DNA of 63,737 bases, the filler included, from Reticulomyxa filosa (taxonomy: Eukaryota; Protista; Foraminifera): NCBI GenBank assembly GCA_000512085.1. It is 19 parts of 19 records of this genome, joined end to end, with 100 filler letters (N's around TTAATTAATTAA, not from the genome) between each part and the next. Parts side by side here need not be neighbours in the genome. Positions count along the whole stretch, not along the records: positions 1 to 2,868 come from ASPP01023653.1; positions 2,969 to 6,950 come from ASPP01039341.1; positions 7,051 to 13,927 come from ASPP01004208.1; 16 more parts are not named here. One strand, 5' to 3'. Both the position numbers and the translations under genes were made by a program. This document shows positions 1 to 12,063 of this stretch, piece by piece. Positions within the stretch are counted from its first letter, which is position 1, and every line of letters begins with the position of its first letter. The notes beneath the pieces were generated by a model. The model was given only the letters and a program-made list of their open reading frames with translations. It had not been told where the DNA came from and did no database searches.

Positions 1-2
1 AT

Positions 3-2089
3 CTTAATGACAAAGAGGCTCAGTCCCCACTGCTGTCATGGGACCTGCCCCACTCGTACTTTGGCTTCAATCCGGCGGAGGGCTGGTGGATCCGTGTCCA
101 ATACGATGCTGATGTTGTTTTTTCCGAACAATTGAAATTGGAGTCGTTTCCATTTGATGTTCGTCTTTTTTTTTTTTGTCCCCTCCCCCCCTCTTCTCCA
201 AATCTAGTTTTTGATCCAAAAAAAAAAAGGGGGAGAAAAAGATACTGAAAAGTTTGAACCAAAATTTGTAGTACAAAAAGCAAAAAAATAAAATAAATGA
301 ATCTAAAAAAAAAAAAAAAAGTGTCAAGATCTAACAATGGTGTTGCAATTGTCGGAACAAGATAGTGCCATTGCCGATTTGTTACCATTTCCAAGTTTAT
401 ATACATATATGTGTATATGTATTTGTGTTGAAATACTTGTAGTGACAAGCGACATACTCAATTTGTTTTAAAAAAAAAAAAAATGTACGTATGTGTCCGA
501 TGCAGGGTTCGTTTCAAATGTCTTTACACAAAAGTGATCGTGGATGCTTATATTCCAAATTTATTTATTTCATTTATTTAAAAAAAAAAAAAAAAAAAGG
601 GGTCATATGTGCAATGCTTTATGTTACTACGCGATAATAATAATAATAAGATAAGTAAATAATGATAATGACAAACAAAAATAAAACTAAAAAGGATGGG
701 CGAGTTTCTGACATTGGACACTCAATTTTCGGTAATTGACGAATGGGACGTACAGGGTATGCTAACCGAGTTCATGTACACAGACCCTGCGAAATCGAAA
801 GTGTTAAAGTCGTATGCGACCATGCATGTGCATATCAAAGCAGCGCGAGGTACTTACTACTTTGGCACTATAAAAATACGTTTACAGCTTTCAATTTTTG
901 TTATAATCTTTTTTTTTTTTTTTTGACAATGAGATAGTTTGGCAGAGTTATATCACGACATTGCTTATCACCTTTTGCATGTTCGTCTTGGGCTTGGGAG
1001 CGTTTTCGTTGAATGCACATAGTTAACCTTGGCTATATCTTGCATTTGTATCTGTTTTTTGTTTTTGTGGTTGCGTTAAGTGAGCAGAAAATAGATATAC
1101 GTATACATTATATACGCATACGTAATATGAGAACACTTGTATAGAGGATCTTGGCAATCGCTTGTCGTATTGCGTTGTGTTTTTATTGGCCGATGTGAGT
1201 ACATTGCAATTGATTAGTGAAAAATTACCCAAGATTCCATATATGACCCTTTTGGTATGTGTCTTTCATTTTATTTCTTGGGTTTGTTTTTTTTTTATAG
1301 ACAAAAGACCACTCGCAAATAATAAGTGTTCAATGATTGTGTGTGTGTGTGTGTGTGTATGTGTCTTTGAACAGGACATATACTCGTTCAGTTGTTTCAT
1401 ATTTTTGACATTGGTGACAGTGTGGTCCTGCATTGTAGGAGGCTCAAATGAACTGGACGACGACAGCAGCAATTGGAAAGCACTCGTGGGGTTCAGCACC
1501 GCATTTGTCCTTTTCCACTGCTCTTGCCTTGTCATCGCCTATTGGAAAAGACAAGAAGAATTATTGAAACTGGAAAAGACCACCGAGCAATTGGAAGACG
1601 ACATTGCCAAATACGTTAGTTGTGCTTCTTTTCAAACTAGTTGTATATACATGCGCATATACATACATATATGTATATGCATATATATATATGATCAAAA
1701 CATTGTTGATAGTCATTATATATATATATATATGTATATATGTATATGTACATATATATATGCCGTTGCTGTAATGTGTTTTGTAGGTTTGCATTTGGTG
1801 TTTGCGATCACAACAAAAAACGCTCATATCATCCAGTTGGAGTCGAAGCAAATTTGCTCGTGATGCGACTGGCCAACAACAGAACAAACCCGATCTTGTC
1901 ATGAGGTCGGAAATGAAAAACCCCAATTGGCAGGTTGTCCACTCGAGAAACAAAAGTAATACCGCCACGAATGCTGCCAACGGTACCAACTTTGACAACC
2001 ATGACAATGATCCGAATCGTGACAACAACGACAATGATCCGAATCGTGACGACAACAACAACACAAAGGTTTTGGAGGTTGCCATTTAA
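3..2089 (+). CDS. Cys-less (Pro-loop) pentameric ligand-gated ion channel subunit, 5'-truncated, multi-exon
   Basis: Manual GT-AG splicing gives ...FSEQLKLESFPFD|CQDLTMVLQL (Pro-loop), pre-M1 Arg and M1 (ARVWQSYITTLLITFCMFVLGLGAFSL), M2 (RLSYCVVFLLADVSTLQLI), M2-M3 loop LPKIPYMT, M3 (DIYSFSCFIFLTLVTVWSCIV) and M4. Last exon 1787-2089. Confidence 0.88.
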
Positions 2090-2714
2090 ATGAGTTCCCG
2101 TGCCCACATATAATAAATCTACACGAGTTCTCTTGTTCAACACACCGGCTAAAACTCGTCTTGTTTTGCTTTGTTCTTTTTTTTTTTTTTGCATGTACAA
2201 AAGAAACCAAAAAATTGGGTAGCAACAAAGTGAGTCGAATGTTTTTTCCTTCTCTTCTTTGTCTTGTCGCAAGCAATGAACGTCCCCTCCCCTCCTCCTA
2301 ATCTCCTCCTTTCCCTTTTGGAGTGAGATGAGAGAGAGAGGTATTGATTGTCCGGACGTCAAGTTGTTTCTTATCATTTATTTTCTCATTGGAGTTTTTT
2401 TTTGGTTCTCTCTTTTTCTGGTGGGGTGCAAAACGTCGAAATTTTGTTGCTGTTTTGTCGCAATTTGTTCAAATTCAATTCCAACATGTTAAACTTGTGT
2501 GGTCCCCCTTTTAACATGCAAGATAAAATAATTCTACTCACCAAATCAATGTTTCATAGATCGATATATCTGCGTTTTGCTGCAAGCACACGAAAGCCGA
2601 ATAATACTTACAATGGATTAATATTTCAATGGTCATCACAAAGTTGAGTGAAGTGATTGACTTTGGACGTCAGTCTGAAACAGTAACAAGTGGAGAAATG
2701 AATTCATCATAGAA

Positions 2715-2822
2715 ATGTCAGCGTTGTCATCAGACAAGCCACCAAAGAAACAAAAAAAGAAGGACAATGACGCAAAGAAAGAGAAGAGAGAAGCTTCAGC
2801 CGAAAAGGAAGGGCCAGTACAG
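2715..2822 (+). CDS. First exon of an unknown Lys-rich protein (MSALSSDKPPKKQKKK...), truncated by contig end
   Basis: ATG at 2715, 36 codons ending at a CAG|GTATT donor. Confidence 0.45.
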
Positions 2823-2868
2823 GTATTTTGATTACATGCAAAAACGCAAGAGGAGGGGAGATACATAC

Positions 2869-2968
2869 NNNNNNNNNNNNNNNNNNNNNNNNNNNNNNNN
2901 NNNNNNNNNNNNTTAATTAATTAANNNNNNNNNNNNNNNNNNNNNNNNNNNNNNNNNNNNNNNNNNNN
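2869..2968. other. Artificial contig-joining spacer N44-TTAATTAATTAA-N44 (first of 18)
   Basis: Identical 100-bp spacers start at 2869, 6951, 13928, 21313, 26359, 30542, 31867, 33775, 37505, 38696, 40746, 42402, 47843, 49504, 52174, 53781, 61398 and 62575; the core gives stops in all six frames. Confidence 0.99.
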
Positions 2969-3089
2969 GGGGGGGGGGAGGGGGCGCACTATGTGAAATT
3001 GACCAATGTTAAGGATACACAAAGTCGCTACTTGTGTGTGTAAAGAGCCATAACCAAAGTAACAGCGGCAAATGATTCTTTTTTTTTTC

Positions 3090-5760
3090 TTTTTAAAACA
3101 AATCCAACGATGGTATGGCCTTGGAACTTTCTTTTTCTTCTTCTTTATCATCATCACCATCATCTTCTTGTTCGCTGATGACGTTAAAGTTGCTTACCCG
3201 ACCGCCATATGTGATTATTTCATACAACATCCGCATCCTCTTCTTCTTTATCTTTCATTTCTTCGATCATCAAGATGCTGCTACTATTGTTATACCGTAA
3301 TGTCGAATCGTTTTTATTTTGAGCGGGTATTATCACTTCTTTCTTTCTTCTTGGTAAAAGCTTGTTTTCGTAGTCGGGCAGCACCAAGAGCCAGATTGTC
3401 TGCGATTAAACTGTTTCAATGCCATCACATGCTGGATATTTTCAAAGTACGAAGTGCATCCACTATAGTCGCTCTTGTGATGATGGACACACATTAGCGT
3501 TGGGTAATGGTCGATATTAAAAATTTCTGCATCCATTCGATAATGTTTGGATTGGAGATTCAGTGATGGATATTGGGCACAACTCGTATTTCCTTCTTTA
3601 TTATTGGACGTATTCGTTCCTGATTGCCATGATTCAACGATTTGAGATCACTACACGAATCACAATTTAAAACTCACGTTGACTCAAATCCAACTCACTT
3701 GGTGACCTGCACTTTAATGTTCTCCAATTACTGTGATAATACAAGCAATACAAAGTATTGCGTCGCATCCAACACGCCGTCTGTAGTTCATCGTCGATCC
3801 CGGAGACCATCACTGCAAGAGTCGTGTGCCTTGCGCTGTCGAATAAGAGCCGATAATCTTTGCCGAACTGAGTCAAGAAATGCAACCAGTTCTCTATCTA
3901 TCTATATCTTTTCACCAATCATTAATGCTCAATGTTACTCGCGATCTCACTATTTCTCACATCAGCAGTACACACGATTCAAAATCAAAAGCTGCGAATG
4001 TGCGCACGCACGCGACAAGTTTCGACACGAGTAGTTTGCGCCATTTTTATAACAGCCATTTTTCTTGTTAGTTGAAGTATGTAATCGCAGTTCGACGCCC
4101 TCTTTGAGGATAATTGTTGGCTTGGCACAGCGCCAGAGACTTGTGTGCACATATGTTGACGGTGAACAAGTTCTTTCCAGTTGTTCGGGTTACCACTGCT
4201 GGATATTTCCACACACTTGTTTATTCTTTGATTGGCGCGTTCTATTGCGTGTCTGTAAATACGCAAAGTTTCCACTAGCAGTTTGAAGAGCCAGTACATA
4301 AACAAATTCAGTAAATCTGGCAGACGAGTTTTTTTGTTTTTTTAAACAGATCCAACGTGATATGGTTTTGAGATTCCCTTTCTTATCTTCATCCTTCCCA
4401 TATTCCTCTTCTTGTCTGCCGGTTTCTTAACGGATTTTCGCACAACTTCTCCACCAATTTGAACCACTTTCCATGGAATATTCTCCCAATGTAGTGGCTT
4501 TCTCGATTGCAATGAATACGTATTTCCTAACAAGTTTTACATTCTTTTCTCGACTTCCACTTTTCTCTGCCGCCATTGCGACACTACAATGTGTCTTTTT
4601 TACTTTGCGCGATATCACCACATCTTCCTTTTTTTCTTCTGGTGAGCTTTCTTGCGTCATCTGGCACCAAGATCCAACTTTCCAGATTGTTCTGGCAAAA
4701 TCTTGTCCAACTGTCTACGAGAGCGGATGGACTTCGTACTTAAAAAAATCGTCTCCATTGTGATGAAAGACAAACTTTGCGCAGGCATTTACAGTACAGC
4801 CAACGTTTGGATTGGCAATTTAATGAGGGAATATCATTCTTTTTTTTTTTATTCTTGGGCATATTCGTTGCGAACGATTACTACCATCAGCTTATGCACT
4901 GACCAAAGTCCAAAGTTGCGAATGTGCGTACGCACACAACTAGTTTGATTGTTTTCCTAGATCCATAAAATTAGATTGATTTCCATAACGACATGGTTTC
5001 ACTTGTTTGTTGGTGCCAGTAGACGCTGTCTTTGGCGCTTTGCCACTTCAACAATTATTCGAAGAGATATTTGTGCACCTATGTTATGGCAAACAATTTT
5101 TTCAAATGTTTAGGGCAGACACATTCGTTTTGAATTTTCCACTGGGGGCGCGCTATGGCAAGTTAGTCCACGCCTCGAGTGGCGATTTTGCGCGTTTCCA
5201 AAATAAAAGAAATTCCATGACCAAACTCGGAAAGCGCATCGACGAGTTTTTAAAAAAACAATCCAACTATATGGCTTCCAGATTCTCTTTCTTCTTATCT
5301 CTTGCTTGCCGTGTGTCCGCACAACTCCTTCAACAAATTCTTTCTTTCTTCTTAGCGATCTTGCCTTCGTCGACTGGCGACACCAAGATCCAAATTATTC
5401 AGGATTGAACTGGCAGAATCTTGTACGAAGTCCATCCGCTCTCGTCGCCCTTGTGATAAGAGATACACGTTGGCCTTGTCGAATGGATGCTGGCGTTACC
5501 AATAAAGATAATCGGCTCTTGTTCGACGAACGCAAGCTACACAATCCTATAATCACCACTCATACTAAAAATTAAAAGTTGCGCATACGCGCACTTACAC
5601 GATATTAGAGATCAGCCTACGCTTATTGACTGTTGCTTTGTGTCCATAAAATTGGCTCAATTTCCACAACTAGCGAGTTTGAATGTGCGCATGAGCAACT
5701 TGTGGCAAAGATATCGCAAACGGACAAGTGACACGATTATTTTGATACGAACGACCCACC
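3090..5760 (-). pseudogene. Tandem, heavily decayed paralogous fragments of an unidentified gene/repeat family
   Basis: Colinear diverged direct repeats ~3990-4780 vs ~4910-5472 (e.g. aaagctgcgaatgtgcgcacgcac vs aaagttgcgaatgtgcgtacgcac), partial third copies at ~3095 and ~5575; no long intact ORF in any frame. Confidence 0.6.
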
Positions 5761-5776
5761 CGTCCACGCGCCTAAC

Positions 5777-5840
5777 TGTTGTTGTTGCTGTCGTTGTCGT
5801 TGTCGTTGCTGCTGTCGTTGTTATCGTTGTTGCTTCTTCT
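5777..5840. repeat. Degenerate (GTT/GTC/GCT)n trinucleotide repeat followed by a long T-rich low-complexity tract
   Basis: gttgttgttgctgtcgttgtcgttgtcgttgctgct... Confidence 0.8.
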
Positions 5841-7187
5841 TCCAATCTTCTTATTCTTCTTATTTTTTTCATTTCATCCCATTTTTCCCTTTTCCTTATT
5901 TATCTTTTTTTTTCTTTTTTTCTCATTTTAATCTTTTTTTCATTTTTCACATTGTCATTTTTTTAATTTTTTTCATTTTCCACATTTTGTTCTTTTTTTA
6001 ATTTTTCTAATCTTTTTTTTGTTTTCTAATTTTTCATTTTTTTCAAATAAAAATTTTCCCTACTCTTTTTTTCCATTCATTTTTCACCCAACCTTTTTTC
6101 CCCTAAATTTTTTCCAATCACTTTTTATTTTCCCCCAAATTTTCCCTACCTTGTCATCTCAAAAAAAATAAAAATAAAAATAAAAAATAAAAAATAAAAA
6201 AACTTTTCAATCTTTGATCTTGACTCCTATTAACAAATTAACAAAGTAAAAAATTTTTCATTAAAAAAAATAAAAACAAAAACAAAACTTGACTTTGGAG
6301 CTAAAAGCTCCACTTCCATTCTTCATATATTTTTTTTTTCTTTGTCACTGGAGGGGGGAAACATATTTTTTTTGATGGGGGCATGCCTATTCACACACAG
6401 GCAAACACTTGATAAAAAAAACAAACAAATAAATATAAATATGAACCTTTTTATTTTTTTTTTAGCGAGTGGTGACTTCAACCCCAAATTTTTTCTTTTT
6501 TTTTTTTGATAGACGGGCTTCGGCTGTTATTGAAAAAACAAATTAAGTTATTATGTCAAAATAAATAAATAAATATACAAAACAAACCTTGTTTTCTCCT
6601 TGCGGAGACGGGGGGCCTTACCCCATATTCATTTTTTTTTTCTCTTGTTGAAGGATGCACAGCATCCAAACAAAAAAACCATTTTTTTTAAAGTGGACGG
6701 TCTGTTGTAAAAACAAAACCACTTTCTTTTAAGTTGAAAAATTATAAAAAGAAAAAAGAAAAAAGACATGCCAGTTGGAGTGGGTAATCACCCTAATTGC
6801 GAGCTGGTACGTTGGACAACCAAAAAAAAAGACCTTTTTTTCGTTAAGACGTAAACTCACAACTCATAAATGTTATTAAAAAAGATACAAATTTGTAATT
6901 TTTTTGGATATTTTGACAAAAAAACTTGAAAAAAAGAATTGTTACATTTTNNNNNNNNNNNNNNNNNNNNNNNNNNNNNNNNNNNNNNNNNNNNTTAATT
7001 AATTAANNNNNNNNNNNNNNNNNNNNNNNNNNNNNNNNNNNNNNNNNNNNAAAAAAAAAAAAAAAAAAGGGGGAGGGGACATGGATGAAAAGAGGGGTTC
7101 CTCCAAAGGTTAAAAAAAAAAAAAAAAAAAAATTTTAGATTTTTTTTAAACAAAGTTCCCAAGCGCAGAGCATCCGGGTTATCCGCG

Positions 7188-10100
7188 TTGCGAGATATGT
7201 TGCCGGTGGAAGTAGGCGGTGGCACGAGCGACTTGGGCGGACAAACTCCGAACACGGTGATATTCGATCTGGTGGACCACAGCAAGTGGTCACTGGATAC
7301 ACTGATGGAGATTCCGACACTGGAGGACTTTTCCAGCTATGTGGAAAAGCACGACCGCGACGACATAGTGAAATTGTGTTGGGACTTGCTGCGCAGTAAC
7401 GAAAAGTGCGGCGAGCTGTTGCACATGGTGACAGCGATGAACCAAGACTTGCAAGACGAAGAACGGGCATTTGACCATATGATGACGACCACGAAGATAT
7501 CATTGGATTGTTCGTTTGTGAGTCTGTACGTAGTCGAGGACGACCGTCGATCGCTGCGTTGCTTGTGCACATCGCAAGGGATTTGCGTAGACAATGCACA
7601 CCAGTCCGACTTGGATTCCAATTCCGTTTCGACGTCGAGCGTCTACAGCAGCCAAAGTCATACGCTCAGTCATGGTCCCAGCTTCAAGGTGAAGAACAGT
7701 TTTGACGTGCAAGAGAACACGTTGGACATGGACGAGAACAGCAGCGAAAAAGAAACAGTTGTGTATGTGTCCCACGTGACGGAACAAGAAAGTATACCCG
7801 CAAAGGTGTTTCGAACAGCTCACCACGTCAACTGTGCGGTTCATCGAAGCGAGATCGCAGCAGCGTGTCCCGAGTACAGCAACAATAGCACGTATCGCGG
7901 GGATATGTTTGTCTTGGGGGTGCCTGTCCGAGACCGTCGAGGCACCATTATCGGCGTGTTGATGGTGTATCGAGAAAACAATAGCAACACCCCTGAATTC
8001 AATGAAGCCGATATCAAAACGGCCAGTGTGTTGACTGCCATTGCTTGCAACACTTTACAAAATCTGCAGACGTATATTGACGCCCAAATCCAAAAGAAAG
8101 ACAGCGCACGAGTCCTTGGGATCATTGACGAAATGAGTGGGGACATTACCAACCAGTCGTACCAACAATTGATCAAACAGCTGCTGCGCAAAATCCGTGG
8201 ACTGGTGACATGTCAGGAGTTGGAGTTTTGGACAATCAATGGTCCGGCAGGACAAAAGGTGCTCACGTGCGAGATCTCGCAAGATACGCGTATGCAAAAT
8301 CAACAAATCCTCGTGGAAAGTGGACACATTCTGGGACAAGTCGCACTGACTGGACTGCCCAAAAAAATTGATCGTGCGAGGGTCGATGGACGGTATACCG
8401 CAAATGAATTGCGATACTCCAAAGGGGAGTCGGTATTGGTCATCCCTGTTCGATTGGAACATGAGTCTCATCCCATTGCCATCATTCAAGCCATTAACAA
8501 AATTCCACGAGCTTTGGAGCGAAACGGACAGACTGGTGCTCATGGACGACGACGTCTGCATCAAAATCGGGTCGTCCCTTTCACCGAAAATGACAAGCGA
8601 TTACTGGAAACATTGGCCAAATCGGCGAGTGTCATCATTCGCAATAATCAGTTATTTGAATCCATGCAAGGGGAACGCAAAAAAAATATTGCGCTGGTGT
8701 CGATTTTGCGAGCTTTGCAACACAAACATGACGTGACGCAAATGCTGGATGATGCCACCTTATGTATCGCACATGCATTAGATTGCGAACGGGTGAACAT
8801 TTGGTTCAGCGACGGAAATGGGGAATTGGAGTCATTGAATGTCATGACGAACAGCGAGTCGTCACAAGAGAACAATGGCTTCAATGTGAACAATATGATC
8901 GACGAGGATGTCAACGAGTTGCTCAATGGAATTGCCAAATACTGTGCCATGGAACACGTGTATGTAAGCAGTGTGAGTATTTATCAGGACACTGAGCTAT
9001 GGAATGCGATCAACGATGACTACATTCAAGAGGTGCTGTTCCATGTGCAGCAAAGACATCCCTCTCAACTCTATCGCGTGCAAAGTGCGTCCACCTTATG
9101 TGTCCCCATTTCCGCCAATGGACGTGTCGTCGGAGTCATCCAGGCGTCGTTCAAGGCCAACGACTCTGCTTTCACTGATCTGGATCTGTCCATTGTTGAG
9201 GCCATTAGCAATGAAGTCGCACATGCCATTGCACGCAATATCAGCGACTTGTGGATCCAAAAGTATATTGAAAAGCACGAAGATGTGCCATTGGAAGTCA
9301 TTGACTATTTCTTGACTGGGTCGCACGACCAGTATTATGAAGTGATGGACGGTGATATGGAAGAGAGTAAGATTGGACAAGAAAGGACCAGTGGTGGTGG
9401 CAAAAAACTCATGATTACATTTGGAGATGGTGACAATGAAGAAATGGAAACGCCTTATCTGAACGTATTGGAAATGGATGAATTCCAGAAAAACACTTTA
9501 GGTGATGATTGGGATAGCAAAGTGATCAATGTGAAATTGGAATTACCGAAACATTTGCGGCCTTATGTCCAACAATTGGATACGTGTGAATTTGATTGTA
9601 CGCAATATCAAGCTGAACATTTGGAACAGTTTGTCCTGTACTTGCTTCAAGAAACGGGTATGGTAAAAGAGTTCAAATTAAACATTGTCAAGTTGAGTCG
9701 ATTTGTTCATCAAGTGCAAAAATCTTATCACGACAACCCATTCCATAACTGGCAACATGGATTCTTTGTCTTCCATTTTGTATACTACTTTATTACCAAA
9801 GTCCCAAAAATCAAATTAGCGTTGAAAAAATTAGATCTTCTTGCCATTTTGATTGCTGGTTTATGTCATGACATTAATCACCCTGGTAATGACAATTTGT
9901 ATGAAATCAATATTGAGTCCGAATTGAGCCGAATTTACAATGGTGAATCTGTCCTCGAAAATCATCACGCATTTTTCACAAACGAATTGTTTCGAAAGAA
10001 TGAATTCAATTTCATTGAAGACATGCCTGTTCCGCAGCAAAAAGAATTCAAACGTATTGTCATCAAGAGTATTTTGACTACGGATATGTCCCATCACACC

Positions 10101-10665
10101 GAGACCATTGAATGGATTCATGATATGTCCAAGAAAAGCAGTTTGGAACAATTGATGAATCCAAATAATAAAGATATGAAAGATTCCGACAAAAAAACAT
10201 TATTGACCAAATTATGTCAGATCATTGTGCATTTGGGTGATTTGTCTGCGCAAACTTACATCTGGAAAATTGCCAAGGAATGGGAATATCGCATTGCTGA
10301 AGAATTTAGAAAACAAACCATCAAAGAAGAACAAGTCAAAATCCCTGTCCGAGAATGGATGGCAAAAACAGATATTCCAACCAGATACAAGAACCAACAT
10401 TTCTTCATTGAACATGTTGTCAAACCCTTGTGGTATGTCGCTTTTTTAAAAAAAAATTTGTTTTTGTCTCAGATTTTTTTTATTTACTCTTTCGTATTTG
10501 TTAATGGTCAAAAGGCAACCGACAACGCATATTTTCCCGGAACTCAACGAAAGATTGGAAGAACTCTCGAAAAATTCCCAAAGATACTCTGAAATAGCGG
10601 AAAAAGAGAAAGCAAAAGTGGAAAATAAACCAGAAACGAAAAAAGAAAGTACCAACGAAAAATAG
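7188..10665 (+). CDS. Class I 3',5'-cyclic nucleotide phosphodiesterase with three GAF domains (5' exon(s) probably missing)
   Basis: Catalytic motifs YHDNPFHNWQH, HDINHPG, LENHH, TDMSHH, DLSAQT, NQHFFIEHVVKPLW; three GAF-like repeats (FNEAD, AINK...FTEND, FTDLD). An intron at ~10433-10514 restores the C-terminus WQPTTHIFPELNER...STNEK*, stop at 10663-10665. Confidence 0.95.
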
Positions 10666-11489
10666 TGCTTGATATGTTGGATAGTTCAAATCAACTTTTT
10701 TGGGTGCGTTTTACCTTTGATGTTTGCAAAATTTGTTGTTTTTCTGGTGTTTTTGTTATGATTAAAAGGAAAAAAATGCACGCTGTATTTTTCGCGCTGT
10801 AGTTGGATTGATGAATAGATTGCCTTTTTTTTTCAATTTGGTCAATCGTCATCTTTTCAATTTTGAGATAATTTTCGTTTTTCTATTATCAAGTCTCTAA
10901 GTTTTTGGTTGAATTTTTTTTTAGAAAAAAGTGTTTATCTTCAAAAAAAAATCAAGTGGTTGATATTGTGTATTGAAATATTTTAACGTTGATGCTAGTA
11001 TCATAAAAAAAATACTGACGTCATGTAGTAGTATATGTTACGATGTCTAGATCAGAAGTTGTAGACACAATCGTGGTCAGTACACTGGATCATGATGTAT
11101 CGTGTACAACATGTTAGAACGATTAACAGTTCCGAAACAATGAAACCAATTAGTAGTATTGCAAAAAAAAGTCATTTCTGTTAAACGGCTCAATTTGTGT
11201 CGCAAATGCCGTCAAAGCGAACTACAAGTATTTGATAAGTGTGAATACTACTGTGTAACAGTTTGGAAAATCGATTGTGTACTAGACAATAATATTTACA
11301 ACGTTACCACTAGCTCTCAAACATCGGACTACTTCCACTATGCTCAACAACTATTTTGGTCGAAAACTAAAGTAAAAATCATTTCTTCAAAGTTTGTCTT
11401 TTTTCTACGAAGTGTTTCGAATTTGATAAAAAGATTGAATTTCAAAAGTTAAAAATGTGTAATACATAAACAATGTCTTCTGATGCACA

Positions 11490-12063
11490 TAGAATACAAA
11501 AGAAAGTTACAAATAAAATGACACATTATATATGATTGATTTTCTTCATAAAAAACAACATTCTGACATAATTTTAAAAAAATTTTCCAAAATAAACATC
11601 ATTTTGGTTTGTAGGGCAAGCCCTTATCACACGTGATCGAACTCTTATGGAACTGAGGAGCTCCCTTTGGGTTAAACTTCCTCAACCAACTACTTCTTAC
11701 TTCCTTGCTTTTTTTACTTTCCTTTTTGTCATTTTGATTTATTATTTAATTTACTTTGTTTACTGAAAGTCAATCTCATTAGAGTAAAACCTTTTCGTAT
11801 TACATTTAGTGTAGCTCTTCACAGTAGACTCACCACAGGTTATTGTAACCTTTTAGAAAATAAAAATGAACATTATGTCGAAAAAATTATAGATTTTTCA
11901 AACAATTAGTGAAGATTTAATAAAAAACCAAAATGATATTTAAAAACTACACAATTTGTAGATATTTTTCAAAAAAAATTTGTCTGAACGTTGTTTTTTC
12001 ATGAAGAAAATCAATTGTCTATATAATGTGCTGTTTTAGGGTCAACTTTCTTTTGCATTCTAC
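11490..12063. mobile_element. Foldback/MITE-like imperfect palindrome interrupted by a solo LTR
   Basis: Left arm ~11490-11609 (tagaatacaaaagaaagtt...cacattata...ttgattttcttcat...atcattttggtt) is the reverse complement of right arm ~11920-12063 (aaccaaaatgat...atgaagaaaatcaa...tataatgtg...aactttcttttgcattcta). Confidence 0.65.
11610..11837 (+). mobile_element. Solo LTR-like element, copy 1
   Basis: Begins TGTAGG, ends CCACA, flanked by perfect 4-bp direct repeat GGTT (11606-11609 and 11838-11841); close reverse-complement copy at 19832-20051. Strand is relative to copy 2. Confidence 0.85.
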
